64,000 nucleotides of DNA from contig CAVRZA010000011.1 in NCBI GenBank assembly GCA_963725665.1, positions 32,001 to 96,000 on the forward strand, in the 5' to 3' direction. The notes beneath the pieces are model-generated. The model did not search any database. It worked only from the letters and a program-made list of their open reading frames with translations, and was not told where the DNA came from. The stretch comes from an uncultured Actinomycetes bacterium. Its GTDB lineage: Bacteria > Actinomycetota > Thermoleophilia > UBA2241. Position numbers and translations under genes: made by a program. The number at the start of each line of letters is the position of its first letter. Position 1 is the stretch's first letter. Below are positions 32,750 to 40,925 of this stretch, piece by piece.

Positions 32750-33895
32750 GTGCCAACCGACCACTTCCCGAGCGATGCGGCCGGCAGGATGACGGCACGA
32801 AACGAGGGCAGGAGCACCAGGCAGACTGTGAGCCCCGATGCATATGAGCGCCTGGCAGCCACGCTCGACGGCCTCGCCAACGGCTTTCCGCGCACCGAGT
32901 CGAACGTCGAGCGGCGCATCTTGCGCTCAGTGTTCACGCCCGACGAAGCCGAGGTGGTGGCGGCGCTCACGGGGCGACCCGCCGCCGCCGAAGAGATTGC
33001 CCGCCGGGCCGGCCTGGAACAGCCTGCAGTGACGGCGACGCTCGAGCGCCTGGCGGAGCGAGGCGTGATCTGGACCGGCTCAGCCAAGGACGGGACGGGC
33101 TACCGGCTGGCGCCGTTCGTCGTCGGCTTTTTCGAGTCCCACCTGCTCCAGACGCGCGACCCCGAGTTCGCGCGCCTCGTGGAGGAGTACATGACCGGCG
33201 GCGGGGCCCTGGGCATCATGAGCGCCCAACCGGCCATCCACCGCGTCGTCCCCGCGAGAGGGGCAACCGAGACCGAATGGGTGCTGCCCTACGACGACGT
33301 GCGCGCCATCCTCGAGACGGCGACCTCGTTCCGCCTCGAGGAGTGCGTCTGCCGCATCCAGCAGGACGAGCTGGACGCCAGGCGCTGCGACTTTCCTCTC
33401 GAGACGTGCCTCTGGTTCTCCTTCACCGAGAGCGGCGACCGGGAGGGCGCCATCTCACGCGAGCAGGCCCTCGCGGCGCTCGATGAGGCCGAGCGCATCG
33501 GCCTCGTGCACACCGTGAGCAACGTGGCGTCGGGCATCGGCTACGTGTGCAACTGCTGCGGCTGCTGCTGCGGCCTGCTGCGCGGCATCAACGACTGGGG
33601 CATCGAGCACTCCGTGGCGCAGGCCAACTACTACGCCGAGATAGACCCCGAGGCGTGCACGGCCTGCGGCACGTGCGAGGAGCGCTGTCAGGTCGCGGCC
33701 ATCGCCGAGCGGGACGACGGCGTGCGGGTCGTCCGCAGGGAGCGTTGCATCGGCTGTGGCCTCTGCGTCACCGCCTGCCCTCCCGAGGCAGCCCGCCTGA
33801 GGCGCAAGGCGGAGGACGAGATCGTTACCCCGCCGGCTACGTTCGGCACATGGGAGCGCCGCCGCCTGCGGGCTCGGAGCGCCGGTACGACGTAG
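32750..33895 (+). CDS. 4Fe-4S dicluster-binding protein with N-terminal wHTH-like and Cys-rich central domains
   Basis: CVCR, CNCCGCCC, CTACGTCEERC, CIGCGLCVTACP. Confidence 0.85.
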   Translation: MPTDHFPSDAAGRMTARNEGRSTRQTVSPDAYERLAATLDGLANGFPRTESNVERRILRSVFTPDEAEVVAALTGRPAAAEEIARRAGLEQPAVTATLERLAERGVIWTGSAKDGTGYRLAPFVVGFFESHLLQTRDPEFARLVEEYMTGGGALGIMSAQPAIHRVVPARGATETEWVLPYDDVRAILETATSFRLEECVCRIQQDELDARRCDFPLETCLWFSFTESGDREGAISREQALAALDEAERIGLVHTVSNVASGIGYVCNCCGCCCGLLRGINDWGIEHSVAQANYYAEIDPEACTACGTCEERCQVAAIAERDDGVRVVRRERCIGCGLCVTACPPEAARLRRKAEDEIVTPPATFGTWERRRLRARSAGTT

Positions 33896-33979
33896 CGCCG
33901 GTCATCACGGCGCCGCTCTCGCGGCGCCGGCGCTCGCCCCCGAAGCGCAACGAGGCCACCTGGTGCTATCGTTGCCGCT

Positions 33980-35572
33980 GTGCACGACGATGCCCTCATC
34001 CTCGCCCTCGACCAGGGCACGACGAGCTCCCGCACCTTGCTCATCGACCGGCGCGGGTCGGCGCTGGCGAGCGCGCAGCGCGAGGTTGCGCCGCACTTCC
34101 CGCGCCCGGGGTGGGTGGAGCAGGACCCGCTCGAGATCTGGCGGTCGCAGGCCGGGACGGCGCGCGAGGTGCTCGCACAGGCGGGCACCGATCCGCGCCG
34201 TCTCACGATCGCCATCGCCAACCAACGCGAGACGACCATCGTCTGGGAGCGCGCGACCTCGCGCCCCGTGGCGCCGGCGATAGTCTGGCAGGACAGGCGC
34301 ACCGCCGCCGACTGCGAGCGCCTGCGGGACGAAGGACGTGAGGAGCTCTTCACGGCCAAGACCGGGCTCGTCTTGGACCCCTACTTCTCGGGCACCAAGC
34401 TGCGTTGGATCCTGCGGAACGCGCCGGGCGCGCTCGAGCGCGCCCGGCGCGGCGAGCTCGCCTTCGGCACCGTCGAGAGCTGGCTCACCTGGCTTCTCAG
34501 CGGAGGACGCGTGCACGTGACCGACGCCACGAACGCCTCGCGCACCCTGCTCTACGACCTCGACGCGGGCGACTGGGACGACGAGCTGCTGGAGCTGCTC
34601 GAGATCCCTCGCGCCGTCCTCCCGCGGGTCGTCGACTCGAGCGGGGTCGTGGGCGAGACCGTACCCGGATGGGGACCGGCCGAATGGCACGAGACGGCGC
34701 CCGCGGCGGGACCGGCCGACCCGCGCGACCCCGGGCTTCCGGGCGGCCTGCCGATCGCCGGCCTCGCCGGCGACCAGCAGGCCGCTTTGTTCGGCCAGGC
34801 CTGCCTCAAAGAGGGCATGGCCAAGGTGACCTACGGCACCGGCTGCTTTCTCCTCGCCCACACCGGCGGCCGCCGCGTCGCCTCGCGCGAGCGTCTGCTT
34901 ACGACCGTCGCCTGCCAGCGCGGCGGCCGGCGCACCTACGCGCTCGAGGGCAGCGTCTTCGTCGGCGGCGCCGTCGTGCAGTGGCTGCGCGACGGGCTCC
35001 ACCTGGGCGCCTCGTCAAAGGAGGTCGCCGGGCTTGCCGCCACCGCCGAATCGAACGAGGGCGTCTGCTTCGTGCCCGCCCTCGCCGGCCTGGGAGCACC
35101 CTACTGGGACCCGGAGGCGCGCGGCGCCATTCTCGGCCTGACGCGCGGCTCGACCGCCGCGCACATCGCGCGCGCCGCCCTCGAAGGCATCGCCTTCCAG
35201 GTCGCCGACCTCGTGGCCTGCGCCGAGAGCGATATGGGCAGGCGCTTGTCAGAGGTGCGCGTCGACGGCGGGGCGAGCGCCAACGACCAGCTTATGCAGT
35301 TCCAGGCCGACGTGCTCGGCGTGCCGGTGGTGCGGCCGGTCGTCCTGGAGTCGACCGCCCTCGGCGCCGCCTACCTGGCCGGCCTCACGGTCGGCCTTTG
35401 GCGCGACGAGGACGACGTGGCCGCCCTCTGGCGGGCACAGCGCCGCTTCGAGCCCCGCGACGGCATCGACCGTGAGGCCCTCCTCGCTTCGTGGCACAAA
35501 GCCGTCGAGGCGACCCGCGCCTTCGGCTCCGGGGCGGGCGAAGCCGCGGAGCCTCCCGGAGGCGCCGCATGA
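33980..35572 (+). CDS. glpK: Glycerol kinase
   Basis: [65 protein letters not shown]. Confidence 0.95.
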   Translation: MHDDALILALDQGTTSSRTLLIDRRGSALASAQREVAPHFPRPGWVEQDPLEIWRSQAGTAREVLAQAGTDPRRLTIAIANQRETTIVWERATSRPVAPAIVWQDRRTAADCERLRDEGREELFTAKTGLVLDPYFSGTKLRWILRNAPGALERARRGELAFGTVESWLTWLLSGGRVHVTDATNASRTLLYDLDAGDWDDELLELLEIPRAVLPRVVDSSGVVGETVPGWGPAEWHETAPAAGPADPRDPGLPGGLPIAGLAGDQQAALFGQACLKEGMAKVTYGTGCFLLAHTGGRRVASRERLLTTVACQRGGRRTYALEGSVFVGGAVVQWLRDGLHLGASSKEVAGLAATAESNEGVCFVPALAGLGAPYWDPEARGAILGLTRGSTAAHIARAALEGIAFQVADLVACAESDMGRRLSEVRVDGGASANDQLMQFQADVLGVPVVRPVVLESTALGAAYLAGLTVGLWRDEDDVAALWRAQRRFEPRDGIDREALLASWHKAVEATRAFGSGAGEAAEPPGGAA

Positions 35573-35597
35573 GGCAGAACCACGACGAGGAGAGGAC

Positions 35598-36356
35598 GTG
35601 GACGAGGCCAAGGCGGTGATCGCTAAGGAGCTCGTCGGCGGCGTCGTCTTCGACATGGACGGCGTCGTGACGCAGACGGCTACCGTGCACGCGCGGGCCT
35701 GGAAGCGCCTCTTCGACAGCTACCTGCGCGAGCACGCCCAGCGCACCGGCGAGCCCTTCGTCCCCTTCGACAGCGACGGCGACTACCGCCTCTACGTCGA
35801 CGGCAAGGCGCGCTACGACGGCGTGCACAGCTTCCTGCGCTCCCGCGGCATCTCCCTGCCTCCAGGACGGCCGAGCGATCCCCCCCAAGCCGAGACGGAG
35901 TGCGGGCTCGGCAACCGCAAGAACTCGCTCTTTCTCAAGGAGGTCGAGGAGCACGGCGTGCAGCCGTACGAGACCACGGTCGCGCTCATCCGGCGACTCA
36001 AGGAGGCCGCCATCGCGACCGCCGTCATCTCGGCGAGCGAGAACACGACCCAGGTGCTAGAGGCCGCCGGGGTGCGCGACCTCTTCGAGGCCCAGGTCGA
36101 CGGGCTGGTCGCCCGCGAGCTGGGCCTCCCCGGCAAGCCCGATCCGGCGGTGTTCATCGAGGCGGCGCGGCGCATCGGCGTTACGCCGGCTCAGGCGGCG
36201 GTCGTCGAGGACGCCCTCGCCGGCGTCGAGGCTGGGCGCCGCGGCGACTTCGCGCTCGTCATCGGCGTCGACCGCACCGGGCATGCCGGTGCCCTCAAGG
36301 AGCACGGCGCCGACGTGGTGGTGCAGGACCTCTCAGAGGTGGAGGTCCGAGCCTGA
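35598..36356 (+). CDS. HAD hydrolase, beta-phosphoglucomutase family
   Basis: FDMDGV, YVDGKARYDG, GKPDP, VVEDA; GAGGA RBS before GTG 35598. Confidence 0.88.
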   Translation: MDEAKAVIAKELVGGVVFDMDGVVTQTATVHARAWKRLFDSYLREHAQRTGEPFVPFDSDGDYRLYVDGKARYDGVHSFLRSRGISLPPGRPSDPPQAETECGLGNRKNSLFLKEVEEHGVQPYETTVALIRRLKEAAIATAVISASENTTQVLEAAGVRDLFEAQVDGLVARELGLPGKPDPAVFIEAARRIGVTPAQAAVVEDALAGVEAGRRGDFALVIGVDRTGHAGALKEHGADVVVQDLSEVEVRA

Positions 36357-36363
36357 CGGGGCA

Positions 36364-38238
36364 CTAGAGCAACGCCACCCAGATCGTGACGACGCTGCCC
36401 TCCCTGGCCTTCGTCCCCGCCGCCGGCTCCTGATCGACGACCGTCCCGGGGACCTCCCCGAAGGCGATGGCCGTCTTCGTGCTCACGCTGAAACCGGCAT
36501 CCTGGAGATCAGCCTTGGCGCTGCCGTACGACGAACCGACGACGTCGGGGACGAGCTTCTTCGGCATGCCGGTGCTCACCCAATACGCGACGGTGTCGCC
36601 CCGCGCGACCGTGGCATCGACAGACGGTCGCTGCCTGTAGACCAGTCCGGCCGCGACGCGCCGCGATGCGCCATGGTTGCGTTGCGACACGAGGTCGTAG
36701 CGCGCCAGCAGCGCCTCGACCTGGTCCGGCGACTGGCCGGTGAGGTCGGGCAGCTTCACGTGCACCGGCCCCGTGCGGATCCAGAGATGCACCTTGCCGC
36801 CGTCGGCGAGGCCGCTGCCGGCGGCCGGAGTCTGGCGCACCACGTACCCGTCCGCGTACTTGTCGGAGAAGGCGTCGTGCAGGGCAACGGTGAAGCCATC
36901 ACTCTTCACGGCGCTCACCGCCGCCTTCTGGGTCTGACCCACCACGCGCGGCACCGTGGCGAGAGGGTTGAAGAAGGTACGGTAGAGGACAAAGCCGCCG
37001 AAGGCGAGCGCCGCCAGAAGCATGACCACGATGAGGGTGGTCACGCGGCGCCGGCGGCGCGCGGCGCGGAGCGCGGCCGGTGTGCCGACGACGCGCGTCG
37101 GCGCCGCGTCCGGCGCCGCCGCGCCGGTGCGAGCGAGCTCCGCGACAGCCACGGTCGCCTGCTCGCCTCCGAGGACTCTCGTCGGCTCCGCATGCGCGAC
37201 CCGCGTGGGCTGCTCATCCACGACCCGAGTGGGCTCGGCCGCGACGACCCGCGTGGGCTGCGCGCCGAGCGCCTCGCGCGGAGGCGCCTCAGAGGCGATC
37301 GCCGGCGCCGCCGCGGCGGCGCGTGCCGCCGCAGCGCCGGTGATCGCCCCGCCGCCGTCGCCGCTCGCCGCTCCCGCTATGGCGCCGGACCAGGCTGCCG
37401 ATCGCTGCAGGCGCCGCAGGTCGGCGGCGAACTGCGCCGCGGTCTGGTAGCGCTCATCCGGGCGTTTGGCGAGAGCCTTGAGCGTGATGCGGTCGAGCTC
37501 CGGCGGAGCGCCCGGCGCCAGCGCAGCCGGGCCGGGCGGCATCTCGTTCGCGTGCTTTAGCGCGAGGGCGACGTCGTTGTCGGCCGTGAACGGCAGCCTA
37601 CCGGTGAGCATCTCGTAGAGGATCACCCCCAGAGAGTAGAGATCTGTGCGCTCGTCGGTCGGCTCGCCCCGCGCCTGTTCCGGCGAGACGTACTGCACCG
37701 TCCCCATGCGCACACCGGTCGTCGTGAGCCCCGACGTCCCGACGCGGGCGATGCCGAAGTCGGCGATCTTCACCACGCCGGTCACGTCGATGAGGACGTT
37801 CTGCGCCGTGACATCGCGGTGCACGACGTGCCGCTCGTGAGCGAACTGCAGGCCAGCGAGCACCTGCAGGGCGATCCCCACGGCGTCCTGCGGCTCGAGC
37901 CCGCCGCTGCGCCGCACGCGCTCCTTGAGCGTCTCGCCGCGCACGTACTCCATGACGATGAACGACACGTCTTCCGAGGCGCCGCGATCGTAGACAGCGA
38001 CGATGTTGGGGTGGCCCAGCGCGGCGGCTGCCTGCGCCTCGCGCCGGAACCGTTCGACGAACTGCTCGTCGCCGGCGAGTTGTGGACGCAGCACCTTGAC
38101 GGCTACGAGACGGGCGAGGGCGTCGTCCTCGGCCAGGAAGACCTCGGCCATGCCGCCGCCGCCCAGGGAGCGCAGCACGCGGTAACGCTCGGCCAGCAGC
38201 GCACCGGGAGCGACATGGGGACTCAGGTCAGCGGGCAT
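36364..38238 (-). CDS. PASTA-domain Ser/Thr protein kinase (PknB-like)
   Basis: GGGGMAEV, VAVK, HRD, DFG, YVSPEQ, one TM, three PASTA repeats. Confidence 0.92.
   Translation of the reverse strand: MPADLSPHVAPGALLAERYRVLRSLGGGGMAEVFLAEDDALARLVAVKVLRPQLAGDEQFVERFRREAQAAAALGHPNIVAVYDRGASEDVSFIVMEYVRGETLKERVRRSGGLEPQDAVGIALQVLAGLQFAHERHVVHRDVTAQNVLIDVTGVVKIADFGIARVGTSGLTTTGVRMGTVQYVSPEQARGEPTDERTDLYSLGVILYEMLTGRLPFTADNDVALALKHANEMPPGPAALAPGAPPELDRITLKALAKRPDERYQTAAQFAADLRRLQRSAAWSGAIAGAASGDGGGAITGAAAARAAAAAPAIASEAPPREALGAQPTRVVAAEPTRVVDEQPTRVAHAEPTRVLGGEQATVAVAELARTGAAAPDAAPTRVVGTPAALRAARRRRRVTTLIVVMLLAALAFGGFVLYRTFFNPLATVPRVVGQTQKAAVSAVKSDGFTVALHDAFSDKYADGYVVRQTPAAGSGLADGGKVHLWIRTGPVHVKLPDLTGQSPDQVEALLARYDLVSQRNHGASRRVAAGLVYRQRPSVDATVARGDTVAYWVSTGMPKKLVPDVVGSSYGSAKADLQDAGFSVSTKTAIAFGEVPGTVVDQEPAAGTKAREGSVVTIWVALL
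37171..37264 (-). repeat. 24-bp in-frame repeat encoding (E/Q)PTRV(V/A/L) units in the kinase juxtamembrane region
   Basis: AQPTRVVAAEPTRVVDEQPTRVAHAEPTRVL. Confidence 0.8.
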
Positions 38239-38460
38239 CTCTCATCATCGGCGGGCTCCTCTGGCGATCCCGTCACGCGCGTCCGGCGCGCACGCCGCCC
38301 GCGGCCCTTCGAGCACTAGTGTACGGGATGGTAGCGCAAGCCGGGACTACGGCAAGAGTTAGACTGGCTCAGCCGGGCGTCCTCATCGACGGCTGAGAGC
38401 CCCGGCCGCCCTAAAGCCCGGCACGAGCCTGTCGGCCCCGCCCAGGGGTGCTAGAGTCGC

Positions 38461-39315
38461 ATGGTGGACGATCGCTCCGGCCTTCAGCACCCCTATCGGG
38501 AGCCCGTGGTGTTTGCGCCCTCGGACTTCGCCGCCCACCTGGCCTCGCGCGGCCTGCTGCCCACCCTGCCCGTACCCGAGGCCGTCATCCTCTGTTACCA
38601 GCGCTCGCTCGTGCGCGACGCGCAGGCAGACCGCGGCGCGCTCCCCGCCGGCGGCGCCTCCTCGGCCCTCTACGTGCTGCCCGAGGGCGGCCCCGCGATC
38701 ACGTCCGGCTACGGGATCGGCTCCCCGGCTGCGGCAAGCACAATGGAAGAATTGATCGCGCTCGGATGCCGCCGGTTCGTCTCCATCGGCATCGCTGGGT
38801 GCCTCCAGCGAGACATGGCCGTCGGCGACCTGGTGCTGTGCACCTCGGCCGTGTGCGACGAAGGAACCTCGCCCAGGTATGGCGAGACCGACCGTGAGCT
38901 GCGGCCGTCGCCGCCGCTCACGCGGCGGCTCGCGGCCGCACTCGAAGCGGTCGCCAGTCCGGCCGAGACAAGGGTGAAAGGACCCGACGCCACACCAGTA
39001 GCCGTGGGCCTACCGCCGGCCGATGCGCCGTTACGTCCGCGCCTCTTCCGCGGCCCCACCTGGACGGTCGACGCCGTCTATCGTGAGACGGTCGAGGCGG
39101 CGCGCGCTCTGCAGGCTCAAGGCGTGCTCACCGTCGAGATGGAGGCCTCCGCGCTCTTCACCGTCGCCGCGTACCGCAACGTCGAGGTCGCCGCCGCCTT
39201 CACGGTGAGCGATTCGCTCGCCGACCTCATCTGGGCGCCCGACTTCGACAACCCCGCGATAGGCCGCGGGCTCGAACTGCTCCTCGAGGCAGCCGAGACG
39301 GCTCTGCGGGAGTGA
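38461..39315 (+). CDS. Nucleoside phosphorylase (PNP/UDP_1 family)
   Basis: GIGSPAAA, SIGIAG, DEGTS, TWTVDAVYRET, VEMEASA, VSD. Confidence 0.88.
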   Translation: MVDDRSGLQHPYREPVVFAPSDFAAHLASRGLLPTLPVPEAVILCYQRSLVRDAQADRGALPAGGASSALYVLPEGGPAITSGYGIGSPAAASTMEELIALGCRRFVSIGIAGCLQRDMAVGDLVLCTSAVCDEGTSPRYGETDRELRPSPPLTRRLAAALEAVASPAETRVKGPDATPVAVGLPPADAPLRPRLFRGPTWTVDAVYRETVEAARALQAQGVLTVEMEASALFTVAAYRNVEVAAAFTVSDSLADLIWAPDFDNPAIGRGLELLLEAAETALRE

Positions 39316-39634
39316 GTCGCGGCCTCGCCGCTGCAGACGCCCCAGGAACCGCGACCTCGGCGCAATTGGCCGACTGGGGACCGGCGCGCGGCGCGGCGAC
39401 AACGGCATAGAACTGTGACCCGACGGGTACAGAACCGTCGCGGTGTAGCAGCACCGAAGACTGCGTGACCACAAGCGGCACGAGTCCGTACTGGGAGCGT
39501 GGAGGCCCGAAAGGGTAGTCGGAAGGACCTGTCAAAAGCAGGCGGCCGGCCTAGGCGCTACTGCACCGCCTTCTCATACCCTCTCGCGCAGATCCTCTCG
39601 CAGGTGGCCTCTCGGCCGGCTAAGACCCACGCCC

Positions 39635-40066
39635 TTACCGTCGCACCATGAGCCGCCGGGCGGCCGCCGTCAGCCCGTCGACACTGAGCTCGTACATGGG
39701 GAAGACCTTGCGGATCTCGGCGATCGTGCGCCGCCCGTAGGCGTATTTCCATTCCTTCTCCGGCAGCGTGTTCAGCCAGACGGAGTGCTCGAAGTGTCGC
39801 TACAGCCGGCGCAGCCACTCGATCCCGGGCTCCTCGTTGCCGTAGCCCCACCAGATGATGCCGTGCGGCTGCAGCAGCTCCGTGGGCGCCATCTCCGCGT
39901 CGCCGACCACGATCAGCTTGTAGTCGCCGGCAAGATCGTTGAGCACCTTCTTCGTCGAGGCGGCGCGGTCGAGGCTGCAGCGCTCGTCGAGGTAGAGGAA
40001 GTCGTACACGCAGTTGTGGAAGTAGAAGAGGCGCAGGTCCTTGAAGTGCGTCGACTTGTTCACGAA
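39635..40066 (-). pseudogene. 5'-truncated VWA-domain (CoxE-like) gene remnant with an internal TAG
   Basis: FYFHNCVYD...KLIVVGDAEMAP...GIEWLRRL*RHFEHSVWLN...FPMYELSVDGL continues in frame past TAG 39800-39802 to TAA 39635; the N-terminal half is absent. Confidence 0.75.
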
Positions 40067-40303
40067 TGAGGTCGGGAGCCGCGATGTAGTCGTCGGTCCC
40101 GGCGTACACGCTCGCCGCCTGTGCGGCGCGCGGCAGGCCGTCTTACGCTCGTGGGGTGTCGTTCATGCGGGGCTCAGCCTATCCATGTACCGGCCGGATA
40201 GTGTAGCGGACCGCCCGCGGTTGGGCCCTCCCGGCCCTTCACAGCACCGTTTTGTAGGGACGAGAATGGAGATAGTAGCTGGAGCCCACGCGAGGGGGAT
40301 GAC

Positions 40304-40777
40304 ATGAGGCCACCGACGGCAGACCTCAACATCGAGTCGACGCTGCGCCATTGCGATCTCCTGGAACCGCTGAGCGACGCCCAGATCGGCGAGCTGACGT
40401 CGTTAGCGACGCTCCGGGCACTGGAGGAGGGCGAGAAACTCTTTGGCCAGAACGAAGAAGCGAGCGACCTGTGCGTCGTCGAGAGCGGCCGCCTCGCAGT
40501 GCGCCTGGCCGCGCCCGGAGGACACGTGATCGAGGTGTTCGACGCCGGGCAGTACCGGCTGTCGGGCTGGTCGGCCCTGGTCGCACCGCACATGTACATC
40601 GCCGACGCGACCGCATTGGAGTACACGACGGTGCTCCTCGTCCCGGCGAGTCAGGCCGAGGAGGTCTTCCTCAAGGAGCCCGAGCGCGGCTACGAGGTGA
40701 TGAAGAAGCTCGCCGCCACGATCTCGATGCGCCTGCGCGACATCAAGGAGCAGCTCATCGAGCTCCTCGAGAAGTAG
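40304..40777 (+). CDS. Stand-alone cyclic-nucleotide-binding domain protein
   Basis: LFGQNEEASDLCVVESG...GWSALV...ATALE; C-terminal helix; no HTH. Confidence 0.8.
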   Translation: MRPPTADLNIESTLRHCDLLEPLSDAQIGELTSLATLRALEEGEKLFGQNEEASDLCVVESGRLAVRLAAPGGHVIEVFDAGQYRLSGWSALVAPHMYIADATALEYTTVLLVPASQAEEVFLKEPERGYEVMKKLAATISMRLRDIKEQLIELLEK

Positions 40778-40779
40778 AC

Positions 40780-40824
40780 GACTGTGCGCGGCAGGGACGA
40801 CCGGTCGGTCGTCCCCGCACAGTC
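40780..40824 (+). terminator. Long stem-loop after the cNMP gene
   Basis: gactgtgcg..gggacgaccg-gt-cggtcgtccc-cgcacagtc. Confidence 0.55.
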
Positions 40825-40925
40825 CACCCGGCCCATCCTCAGTGGGGCCCAGGATCATGCCGCCACAGCATGATGCCTGCGGCCGCGTGCTACGATTCGC
40901 GCCACGCTACCGCGTAGCGGCTACC

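Noticed and set aside
38330-38400. GCGCAAGCCGGGACTA...TCAGCCGGGC resembling half of a c-di-GMP-I riboswitch
   Set aside because: The GGCAAA...GAAA first hairpin is absent, the downstream gene looks leaderless, and the segment overlaps the likely kinase promoter
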